A DNA stretch of 64,000 nt from an uncultured Clostridium sp. (GTDB taxonomy: Bacteria; Bacillota; Clostridia; Christensenellales; CAG-138): contig CAZTFU010000003.1 of assembly GCA_964612925.1 (NCBI GenBank), positions 23,425-87,424 on the forward strand, read 5' to 3'. A program made the translations under genes and the position numbers. Under the pieces are notes generated by a model, which had not been told where the DNA came from, ran no database searches, and saw nothing but the letters and a program-made list of their open reading frames with translations. Position 1 is the first letter of the stretch. Each line of letters starts with the position of its first letter. Shown piece by piece: positions 19,837 to 27,419 of the stretch.

Positions 19837-20040
19837 GTGAAATCGTTCGCTTACACTCACGGTGAAATAATCCGCTTTGCGGATTGTGAAATTTGATGCT
19901 GTGCATCAAGTGAAATGAAATCCATCCACCGCCGCGGCGATTTCATACGCCGTAGGCGTATTTCACATGGCTAAGCCATATTTCACCCACCCGCAAGGGT
20001 GGATTTCGTTGAAAATAAGCAAATGCTTATTTTCAAGGGG
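19837..20040. repeat. Array of 4 x GTGAAAT then 4 x ATTTCAY, interleaved with unrelated short perfect hairpins
   Basis: 7-mers at 19837, 19862, 19886 and 19910 (forward) and at 19940, 19960, 19980 and 20003 (reverse). Hairpins include aatccgc/gcggatt, ttgatgc/gcatcaa, acgcc/ggcgt, atggc/gccat, ccaccc/gggtgg, gaaaataagc/gcttattttc. Confidence 0.7.
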
Positions 20041-20102
20041 GAGCCAAGGGCAGTGAAAAGCGGGAATCCCTCCCTCCTCTTCATCCTTATCTCTTATCTT
20101 CT

Positions 20103-21365
20103 TTATGCCGTGGGGTCGTTCACAACGCCCATGAACAGTGCGCCGTATGAGCTCTTTATGATGAATATGAACGGGCGGTCGAGTATGATGTCCGCATTGT
20201 CCTGAGGCAGAGCCGCACCTGCGTAGTCTATCTTGGTGAATGCGGCGGCCTCAACGCCCCGCTCGTCTATGGCGATGTGCGTTTGCTGAGCTATGGATGA
20301 TATGTACATTTCATCGTTATCGCATAGCTGTGAAAAATCCGCACTGTCAGTGAATGCGCTCTCCACGCCCAGCGAACGGAGCGCAGGCACAAGGTCAAAT
20401 TCCGAATCGAAACTAAACTTGGGTATTTTGAACGTTACCGTGCCGTAGCTTGATTCCTTGCCGCCTGAGAGTATCTCCTCAAGCGTGGCGGAAGATGAGA
20501 GGATATCGGCTGTGCTCACGCCCTCATCGGGGAGCACGAACAGCATAGAACCGTAGTTTTTGAGAGATACTCCCGCCGCGGTATAGTTATCGCCGTACAT
20601 AAAGCTCTGTTGTTTTACCGCATTCATGAAGTCGCACTTCACTTCGCTGCCGTCCGCCTTTGTGAAGGTATCAGCGGCGGTGGAGGCTTTGTCAAAGCGG
20701 TCAATCCACTCATCCTTTAAGTAGAGCGTACTTATGATGCTCATAATTTGTTCCGCATTTACATCAAATGTGGGCGCAATGGTGCCGTGGGTCTTATCCT
20801 TTATCCAATCGGCCATTGCGTCCGCCGTGCTTTGGCTTGCAAAGTCCGCGCTGTATACCTCTGCATAGAATTGCTCCGCACTCATGTTCAGATACTCTTC
20901 ATTAAAGCCCTCCGTCCCGCTCAGCCAAAGCGAATTTGCAAGCATAAGTGCCGCATTGCCGTCCGTATCATGGCTTGCAAGAACGCGGTAGACGTTGCCG
21001 CATTGCTCAGCGAGGGTCTTGGTATCGTCAAAGCCCAAAAGGGAGAGCAGCTCATCCGCCGTGTCACCATCAGCTCCGCACGCCGCCATACTTAGCGCAT
21101 AATAAAGGCTCAGCGGGGAATAGCACTTGTTTTCGCTTTCGCTTGTCAAAAGAAGTCCCGCAGTCACGGCGGAAAATGCGTTTATTGCGGCAGTCGTGCC
21201 GCCGTCAATGGGGTTTTCCTCCCTTAGGTCATACCATTTGTCAAAAGAGAGCTGCTTTACCTCGCTCACCGAGTTCAGCTCGGTGGGCTTTGTGTTTGTC
21301 GTACCCGTACAGCCGCACATAAGTAGCATACACAGGCAAAGCGCGGCAGATAAGATTCTTTTCAT
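20103..21365 (-). CDS. Serpin-family protease inhibitor, lipoprotein-anchored
   Basis: 420 aa from MKRIL (the first ATG of the ORF lies too close to the RBS). Lipobox LLMCGC. Hinge/RCL DERGVEAAAFTKIDYAGAALP and C-terminus RPFIFIIK...ALFMGVVNDP parallel alpha-1-antitrypsin. Confidence 0.85.
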   Translation of the reverse strand: MKRILSAALCLCMLLMCGCTGTTNTKPTELNSVSEVKQLSFDKWYDLREENPIDGGTTAAINAFSAVTAGLLLTSESENKCYSPLSLYYALSMAACGADGDTADELLSLLGFDDTKTLAEQCGNVYRVLASHDTDGNAALMLANSLWLSGTEGFNEEYLNMSAEQFYAEVYSADFASQSTADAMADWIKDKTHGTIAPTFDVNAEQIMSIISTLYLKDEWIDRFDKASTAADTFTKADGSEVKCDFMNAVKQQSFMYGDNYTAAGVSLKNYGSMLFVLPDEGVSTADILSSSATLEEILSGGKESSYGTVTFKIPKFSFDSEFDLVPALRSLGVESAFTDSADFSQLCDNDEMYISSIAQQTHIAIDERGVEAAAFTKIDYAGAALPQDNADIILDRPFIFIIKSSYGALFMGVVNDPTA

Positions 21366-21485
21366 ATATAGCATATCCTTTCGCTTTTATATTAAAACGG
21401 TTAGTGCGGGGCAAAGGTTGCATATTTTTTGCCTTGACATAAGAGCACGCATAATATAGGCTAATTTTAGCATATATTTGGAGGT

Positions 21486-22703
21486 ATGAATATGGCTACC
21501 CATTTGATAAACCCCGCATTGCAAAGTGAACAGCGCCTTGCGGTGGGCATGATGTCGGGCACATCGGTTGACGGCATTGATGCCGCGCTTATCGAAATAA
21601 GCGGTGACGATTCCCGACCCACAGTAAAGCTTATCGCATTTGAGAATAAGCCTTTTCCCGCCGCCGTGCGCGAGAAGATATTCGAGCTTTTCCGTAAAGA
21701 GACCGCCACGGTGGACAAGGTGGGCTACATGAACTTTCTTTTGGGGGAAATATACGCTAAGAGCGCACTGTCCATTATCAAAAAGGGAGGTGTTCGCCCG
21801 GAGGATGTAAGCGTGATAGGCTCACACGGTCAGACCATATGGCATTCGCCCACGCCCCAAAATGATGACGGCTTTCCCGTGCGCTGCACGGTGCAGATAG
21901 GCGAAGGGAGCGTTATCGCTTCCCGCACGGGCGTTGTCACCGTGTCCGATTTCAGGGTTGCCGACATGGCCGAGGGCGGACAGGGAGCGCCTCTTGTGCC
22001 GTGGAGCGAGTATCTTCTCTACAGGCGAAGCGATGCAACAATACTGCTTCAAAACATAGGCGGCATAGGCAACATGACCGTTTTACCCGAGGGTGCCCCA
22101 AGCGATAATGTATTTGCGTTCGACACGGGTGCGGGCAATATGATAATAGACGCGGTTGTAAGCGCCTTAACGCATGGAGAGGAAACATATGACAGGGGCG
22201 GAGAGCGTGCGGAGCGCGGCAATGTGTGCAGTGAGCTGCTCTCACTCCTTCAGCAGGATGAATACTACACTTGTCCCCTGCCCAAAACCACGGGCAGGGA
22301 GCGTTTCGGCACACAATATACTCAAAAGATACTCGAGTGGCGCAGAGCGCATTCATTAAGCGACAATGACCTTGTGGCCACGGTTACGGAGCTTACCGCG
22401 TGGAGCATTTGTGCCGCATATGAGCATTATGTTCTGCCGAAATACAGGGCAAGCGAGCTTATTGTCGGCGGCGGCGGCAGTTACAATAAGACCCTTATGA
22501 AAATGCTGTCTTCCCGCTTTGCGCCCCTTGGCGTTGCCGTGCGCACGCAGGAGGACATGGGCTTGAGCAGCGATGCAAAGGAGGCCGTTGCCTTCGCCCT
22601 GCTTGCAGATGCTTGTGTACGCGGCAAAGCAAACACGCTGCCGAGCGTGACGGGCGCGCGCAAGCAATCCATAATGGGCAAGATATCGCTGCCGTGGAAG
22701 TAG
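21486..22703 (+). CDS. anmK: Anhydro-N-acetylmuramic acid kinase
   Basis: 405 aa with GMMSGTSVDGIDAAL at the N-terminus. ASKHA fold pattern. Confidence 0.85.
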   Translation: MNMATHLINPALQSEQRLAVGMMSGTSVDGIDAALIEISGDDSRPTVKLIAFENKPFPAAVREKIFELFRKETATVDKVGYMNFLLGEIYAKSALSIIKKGGVRPEDVSVIGSHGQTIWHSPTPQNDDGFPVRCTVQIGEGSVIASRTGVVTVSDFRVADMAEGGQGAPLVPWSEYLLYRRSDATILLQNIGGIGNMTVLPEGAPSDNVFAFDTGAGNMIIDAVVSALTHGEETYDRGGERAERGNVCSELLSLLQQDEYYTCPLPKTTGRERFGTQYTQKILEWRRAHSLSDNDLVATVTELTAWSICAAYEHYVLPKYRASELIVGGGGSYNKTLMKMLSSRFAPLGVAVRTQEDMGLSSDAKEAVAFALLADACVRGKANTLPSVTGARKQSIMGKISLPWK

Positions 22704-22716
22704 GGAGAGACTCTCC

Positions 22717-22844
22717 GTAAAACCATCGTCCAATCGTCCAATCGTCCAAAATGTAGATATTTAGGCATTTTTTCAGGGTCGATAGCAGGGACGATAGATT
22801 TTATCGACCCTGTTGCGTCCCTTGCCGTCACTCGTTCGTGCACA
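22717..22844. repeat. Left 128-bp inverted repeat (IR-L)
   Basis: gtaaaaccatcgtccaatcgtccaatcgtccaaaatgtagatatttaggcattttttcagggtcgat...gcgtcccttgccgtcactcgttcgtgcaca equals the reverse complement of 24228-24357 with about 10 mismatches. Confidence 0.85.
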
Positions 22845-24021
22845 AAGAGCAGAGTGATTCACTTATCTCCTCCTGCTCTCCATTTATACCCTGTTTTACA
22901 AGCCGCACGCCTCGTATGCCGTTCCTCTTTACTCCGCACTCGGCCTTGAGCGCAAGCTCGCAGCCGTGGCGGGACATGAATGCGTTTATCTCGTTCACAA
23001 GCACTCGCGCCGTGGCGGGTGGTGTGCCGCCGTTCTCCCGTATGCCGTTCATTATGCTTGCATATGAAATGAACACGCTTCTCTCATCATTTGCATTTGC
23101 CGCAAGGCAAAGCGTTATGCCAAGGGGGCTTGTCACCTCATAGGCCGTCTCCTTGTCCTTTATGCGGTCAACGCGCCACAGCCCGTTATCAAACACGAGC
23201 GGCACGTCATCAAAGGCAATATCTCGCCCTACGCCGCTCAATACGGCGTCATTGCCGCCGCGCTTTCGGTCAAGAAGAAGCGTGGTATCCGCCGCGCCCA
23301 TGAGACCTGTAGAGCCCGATACCTTCTCATACGGGTCATCCGTCTGCCTTAGCTTATTTGTGTGGTGAACAAGCACCACCGCAACCGAGTAGCGGCTTGC
23401 AAAGCCCTTGAGAAGCCGCATAAAGCGGTAATCTGCGGCATAGGCGTTCACTCCGCCGCCCGATATGCCGCGTATCACCTGCAGCGTATCTATCACGATA
23501 ACGCTCGGGTTGAGGTGCGCATTATTCTCCTTCACATTCTTGTCAAAGGCGGAAGATAGCCTGTCAAGAAAGCCCTCGTCTATCGTGGGGGACTCGAATA
23601 TGAATGTCAAGTCCGCCGCATCGGCATTCACCGCCCCGCCGCTCAGGCGCATAAGGCGCTTTTTCATGCGGTACGCGCTATCCTCAAGCGCAAAGTACCA
23701 CACGCGGCCTCGCTCTGTCGCCCTGTCGAGAAAGCTCTTTCCCAGTGCGATAGATAGGCACATATCAAGCACAAGCCAGCTTTTGCCTATCTTGCTTGCC
23801 CCGACAAGCAGCGTTACGCCCGGCACGATAAGCCCCTCAACTATCTGCCGTGGCGCTTTGAACGCAAAGCTTGAGAGAGTAAGGGCATTTATACTGCTCT
23901 CAGCGCTTTTGGCAAGCTTTTTGTCAGGCTCGATACCCTCATCGTTTATATCTATGCTGAGGGTACAGCTCTCCTTTTTGTCTTTGCCGTCAGTGGGCAA
24001 AGGAAAAATGTTTTCGTTCAC
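22828..24021 (-). CDS. RecA-fold AAA_25 / RepA-like ATPase (plasmid- or phage-type replicative helicase family)
   Basis: Walker A GASKIGKS, Walker B VIVIDTL, VLVHHTNK. The start is reassigned to GTG at 24021, 7 nt after AAGGAGG. The 459-aa track ORF extends upstream through a terminator and is probably too long. Confidence 0.7.
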   Translation of the reverse strand: MNENIFPLPTDGKDKKESCTLSIDINDEGIEPDKKLAKSAESSINALTLSSFAFKAPRQIVEGLIVPGVTLLVGASKIGKSWLVLDMCLSIALGKSFLDRATERGRVWYFALEDSAYRMKKRLMRLSGGAVNADAADLTFIFESPTIDEGFLDRLSSAFDKNVKENNAHLNPSVIVIDTLQVIRGISGGGVNAYAADYRFMRLLKGFASRYSVAVVLVHHTNKLRQTDDPYEKVSGSTGLMGAADTTLLLDRKRGGNDAVLSGVGRDIAFDDVPLVFDNGLWRVDRIKDKETAYEVTSPLGITLCLAANANDERSVFISYASIMNGIRENGGTPPATARVLVNEINAFMSRHGCELALKAECGVKRNGIRGVRLVKQGINGEQEEISESLCSLCTNE

Positions 24022-24061
24022 AAATGAACCTCCTTGTATAAAAATAGACGGAAAGAGATAT

Positions 24062-24096
24062 AGAAAAAGCCCCTCATCCGCAGTGGATGAAGGGCT
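24062..24096 (-). terminator. Strong terminator-like hairpin inside the 5' leader of the RepA-like gene
   Basis: Minus strand agcccttcatcc-actgc-ggatgaggggct followed by tttttc. It lies between an extended -10 (TGTTATAAT, 24127-24135) and the RBS. Confidence 0.5.
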
Positions 24097-24164
24097 AAAG
24101 GCCATACCTATTATTCCGTCATAAAGATTATAACATGAGCAAAGAGGCATTGCGAGGGCAAAAA

Positions 24165-24240
24165 AATCGCATTTTTTGCGCACAAAATGTGCACGAAATG
24201 GGTGCAAAACGGGTGCAAATTGTGCACGAAATGTGCACGA
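24165..24240 (-). promoter_or_regulatory. Iteron cluster: TTCGTGCACA x3 and TTTGCACCC x2
   Basis: Read on the minus strand: cgTTCGTGCACAtTTCGTGCACAaTTTGCACCCgtTTTGCACCCaTTTCGTGCACA. Confidence 0.55.
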
Positions 24241-24357
24241 ACGAGTGACGGCAAGGGACGCATCAGGGTCGATAAACTTATCGACCCTGACATCGACCCT
24301 GAAAAAATGCCCAAATATCTACATTTTGGACGATTGGACGATTGGACGATGGTTTTA
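24228..24357. repeat. Right 128-bp inverted repeat (IR-R)
   Basis: See IR-L. Contains ATCGACCCTG x3 (one inverted) and TGGACGAT x3. Its outer end overlaps the ppiB stop codon. Confidence 0.85.
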
Positions 24358-24858
24358 CATCTTCTCGGGTTCCTCAATCTCGCCCTCGTCCACAACGCTT
24401 ACGGTCTTTATGCGCTGCTCAATGAGCGGCTTATCCCTGAAATCGGTGGGCGCGGCGGCTATTGCGTCCACCGTATCCATGCCGAGAGTAACGCGCCCGA
24501 AGGCGGCATACTGCCCGTCAAGGTGCGGCGCGTTTTGGTGCATTATAAAGAACTGACTGCCCGCGCTGTTCGGGTCCATTGCGCGTGCCATTGATATTAC
24601 GCCGCGCGTGTGCTTGAGGGGGTTGTCAAAGCCGTTTGCGCGGAATTCGCCGCGTATGCTGTAGTCAGGTCCGCCCATGCCCGTGCCCTCGGGGCAGCCG
24701 CCCTGTATCATAAAGCCGGGAATTACACGGTGGAATATAAGTCCGTCATAAAACCCCTTTGAAGCAAGGCTTAAAAAGTTTTTGACCGTGTTGGGTGCGG
24801 CAGACCTGTCCATTTCAAGCGTTATCTTGCCGCCGTTTTCCATTTCGATAATGACCAT
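24355..24858 (-). CDS. ppiB: Peptidyl-prolyl cis-trans isomerase, cyclophilin type
   Basis: 167 aa; FHRVIPGFMIQGG, SMARAMDPNSAGSQFFI. Confidence 0.9.
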   Translation of the reverse strand: MVIIEMENGGKITLEMDRSAAPNTVKNFLSLASKGFYDGLIFHRVIPGFMIQGGCPEGTGMGGPDYSIRGEFRANGFDNPLKHTRGVISMARAMDPNSAGSQFFIMHQNAPHLDGQYAAFGRVTLGMDTVDAIAAAPTDFRDKPLIEQRIKTVSVVDEGEIEEPEKM

Positions 24859-24915
24859 TTGGTTTTGTCTCCTTTTGTTTATTATTTATTCCCCCCGCGT
24901 GCAAAGCGGGGTAAT

Positions 24916-26127
24916 TCACGCATACAAAAAGTTCATCGACAGTGCACCGTATATGTTGAACGCCACGCCGAACACCGCCGCCGCGTATTCCCACGGCTTT
25001 AGGTGCTTCTCTCCCCCGCCGCTTCGGCACATATAGCCAAGCGCAAGCGGCAGTAGGTCACACGTGTACCTTGCCCCGAACTGCCACCCGCCAAACGTTT
25101 TATGCATACAAAGGCAAAATAGCATTATCACCATCGCCACGAGTATGCACACGCGCACGGCATTCACATCTCGCCGCCTTATGTTGCGCACTATTGCGGC
25201 GAAAAACGGCAGAAACAGCGGATTCGCCACAAAGAACATAAACCCGTCAAAGTACGAATACTCAAGCGACAGTTCACTATTCAGCGTAACCGGGCGCAGT
25301 ATGCGCACAATGTTTTCCCACACATAGCGCAAATTGAACTGGCCAAACTCGCTTTCGGTAAACTCGGGCAAATAATTGTGCCCGAACTCAAGGGGATTGC
25401 CAAAGCGAATATAGTTGTACCAAAGCAGAGCCGCCGCAACGGCCGCCGCGCCTATCCATGTGCGCCACTGCTTAAAAAATGCCGCTTTTCCGAGAGATTT
25501 TACGCGCATATATTGCCACGCCGCAAGCGGAAGAAAGGCCACCGCCGCAAAGGGTCTGCACCCGACAGCAAGGGCTGTAAGCGTATATGATATGCCCGCT
25601 TTGCCCGCGTATGCCGCATTGGCCGCCATAAGCAGTAACAGCATCATCAAGCTCTGCGCCATGAACCACACGCCGCCCATGGTGCTCATCCACATCATGT
25701 TGCTTCCGAATGTGATAAACAGGGCAAGAATAGCACTGTCCTTGGCATTATACCCCGCACGAGCGCACAACTTAAACGCTTCACACGCGCACAGCAGCGT
25801 TATTACCATTATAATAAGATTATTGGGCGTGTTCTCCCCGAAAATGAGCACAAATGGCAGCATTATAACGCTTGGGAACGGCGGGAAGGAGCAATAATAT
25901 TTGCCCTCATACACGGCAAGCTCAAGATAGCTTATATCCTCGCCTATATCGCACCGCCCCTCAAGCCACGCCTTTGCCTGCAAAGTGTAGCTGTCCCACG
26001 GGCAATGGGCAAGCAGTGTGCCGCCAAGCAGGTCATGAAGGAGCACATAGCAAAGCAGCATAAAGCCGATAAGCGCGGCAAGGGATGTGCGGTATTGCTT
26101 TCTTGTATCGCCCTTTATGCCTTCCAT
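24916..26127 (-). CDS. Polytopic membrane protein, putative GT-C type glycosyltransferase (ArnT/PMT-like)
   Basis: 403 aa with about 10 predicted TM helices. The loop EGKYYCSFPPFPS resembles ArnT/PMT_2 family motifs. The assignment is tentative. Confidence 0.4.
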   Translation of the reverse strand: MEGIKGDTRKQYRTSLAALIGFMLLCYVLLHDLLGGTLLAHCPWDSYTLQAKAWLEGRCDIGEDISYLELAVYEGKYYCSFPPFPSVIMLPFVLIFGENTPNNLIIMVITLLCACEAFKLCARAGYNAKDSAILALFITFGSNMMWMSTMGGVWFMAQSLMMLLLLMAANAAYAGKAGISYTLTALAVGCRPFAAVAFLPLAAWQYMRVKSLGKAAFFKQWRTWIGAAAVAAALLWYNYIRFGNPLEFGHNYLPEFTESEFGQFNLRYVWENIVRILRPVTLNSELSLEYSYFDGFMFFVANPLFLPFFAAIVRNIRRRDVNAVRVCILVAMVIMLFCLCMHKTFGGWQFGARYTCDLLPLALGYMCRSGGGEKHLKPWEYAAAVFGVAFNIYGALSMNFLYA

Positions 26128-27191
26128 ACGAATGTATTGGGCTTCTCCTGCCCACGCAACACCCTAAGTGCGCCCGCAGAGAGTGCCTCAAGCTCAAATT
26201 CGCCCGCCATTACCTCAACGGGAGCAATCCAGTCAACCCTGTGCGCTATGCCTTGAGTGAGAAGGCGTGAGTGTGCCGCCCCGCCCGTGAGTATTATCCT
26301 GTCCACCTTGCCCGAAACCGCCGCCGCAAGGGAAGCTATCCCCTTTGCAAGCGAATACGCCATTGCGTCAAGCACAAGGGAAGCGTGAGTATCACCCGAA
26401 GCTATCATTTTTTCAACCTCACGCACATCGCTTGTGCCAAGGTGAGCCTTAAGTCCCGCATTGCCGCGCACAAGCTTTGCAAGCTGAGCCTCGGTATATT
26501 TTCCGCTGCAGCAAAGCGCAACAAGCGGAGCCGCCTGCAGTGCACCGCAGCGTTCGGGACCGAAGCCCGCATCATCATCGCTGTACATATCAATACTGCG
26601 CCCCTTGTCAAACAGCCACACGCTCACCCCGCCGCCTAAGTGCTGTACAATGAACGTGCACTCTTCAAACGGCTTATTGAGCACGGTTTCGGCGCATTTT
26701 CGCGCCATTGCGCGTGTGTTCAGCGCGTGGCCGCGGCTCTCTCTCGGCAGCTCGGGCAGTCCGCTTATGTGGGCAACATCACTCATCTCATCAACGCTTA
26801 CGCAGTCGTATATCATTGCGGGTATGTTGAGCGGAGTGGCTATCGCATGAGCCACGGCACAGCCCACGTTTGAAATATGCTCACCCACCAAATGGTCACT
26901 GTTTACAAAGGCAAGCATATCCTCATTCACCATGTATGCGCCCGTTTTGCACGGCGGGAACATCCCCCCTCGGGAAACGATACATTTCAGCGTATCAAGC
27001 TCTATGCCGCGCTCTGCAAGCTCACAAAGTACGCACTCCTTTCTGAAATCAAGCTGGTCTATCGCCCGCTGAAAACGGGCAGTATCTGACTGCTTATGCT
27101 CTATGCTCGTGCGAAAAAGCTCACATTCGCCGTCAAACACGGCCATTTTTGTTGATGTTGAGCCCGGGTTTATCACCAAAATGCGTTCCAT
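26115..27191 (-). CDS. buk: Butyrate kinase
   Basis: 358 aa; ILVINPGSTSTKMAVF, HLGGGVS. Length and ends are typical of Buk. Confidence 0.85.
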   Translation of the reverse strand: MERILVINPGSTSTKMAVFDGECELFRTSIEHKQSDTARFQRAIDQLDFRKECVLCELAERGIELDTLKCIVSRGGMFPPCKTGAYMVNEDMLAFVNSDHLVGEHISNVGCAVAHAIATPLNIPAMIYDCVSVDEMSDVAHISGLPELPRESRGHALNTRAMARKCAETVLNKPFEECTFIVQHLGGGVSVWLFDKGRSIDMYSDDDAGFGPERCGALQAAPLVALCCSGKYTEAQLAKLVRGNAGLKAHLGTSDVREVEKMIASGDTHASLVLDAMAYSLAKGIASLAAAVSGKVDRIILTGGAAHSRLLTQGIAHRVDWIAPVEVMAGEFELEALSAGALRVLRGQEKPNTFVWKA

Positions 27192-27419
27192 AAATGCATT
27201 CCTCCGATGCTGATTGCTATAAGTTAGATTTTACCACAAAGGCATAATATTCTCCATATAAAAAAGGAGAATATATCCTTACAGCGTCAAAGCGTATTCG
27301 CCCACGGAGCAAGGGCAATAAAATTTGCTTTTGCGATAAATAAATGGTGCTTTTTTGCTTTGTATGAGTTATAATGAGTGCGTATGAATAAAAATGGATT
27401 TGAAGAAGGAGAAAATGCA

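Larger units (their letters stand above)
22717..24357. mobile_element. Inverted-repeat-bracketed cassette carrying a RepA/AAA_25-like gene (possible integrated mini-replicon or non-autonomous element)
   Basis: 128-bp imperfect inverted repeats at both ends, a single gene, iterons, and insertion exactly between the anmK and ppiB stop codons. Confidence 0.45.

Noticed and set aside
19837-20040. CRISPR array or parS site
   Set aside because: The repeated unit is only 7 nt and the variable parts are hairpins, so it is not a CRISPR array. GTGAAAT/ATTTCAC resemble parS half-sites. They never abut to form the 16-bp palindrome TGTTNCACGTGAAACA.
24022-24207. N-terminal 62 codons of the 459-aa track ORF 22828-24207
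   Set aside because: The extension runs through a strong terminator hairpin and a promoter. A GTG with a perfect AAGGAGG sits at 24021. The shorter gene model is preferred.
22700-24370. Target-site duplication flanking the inverted-repeat cassette
   Set aside because: The flanks (..gactctcc | and | atcttctc..) do not form a convincing direct repeat, so no claim is made.
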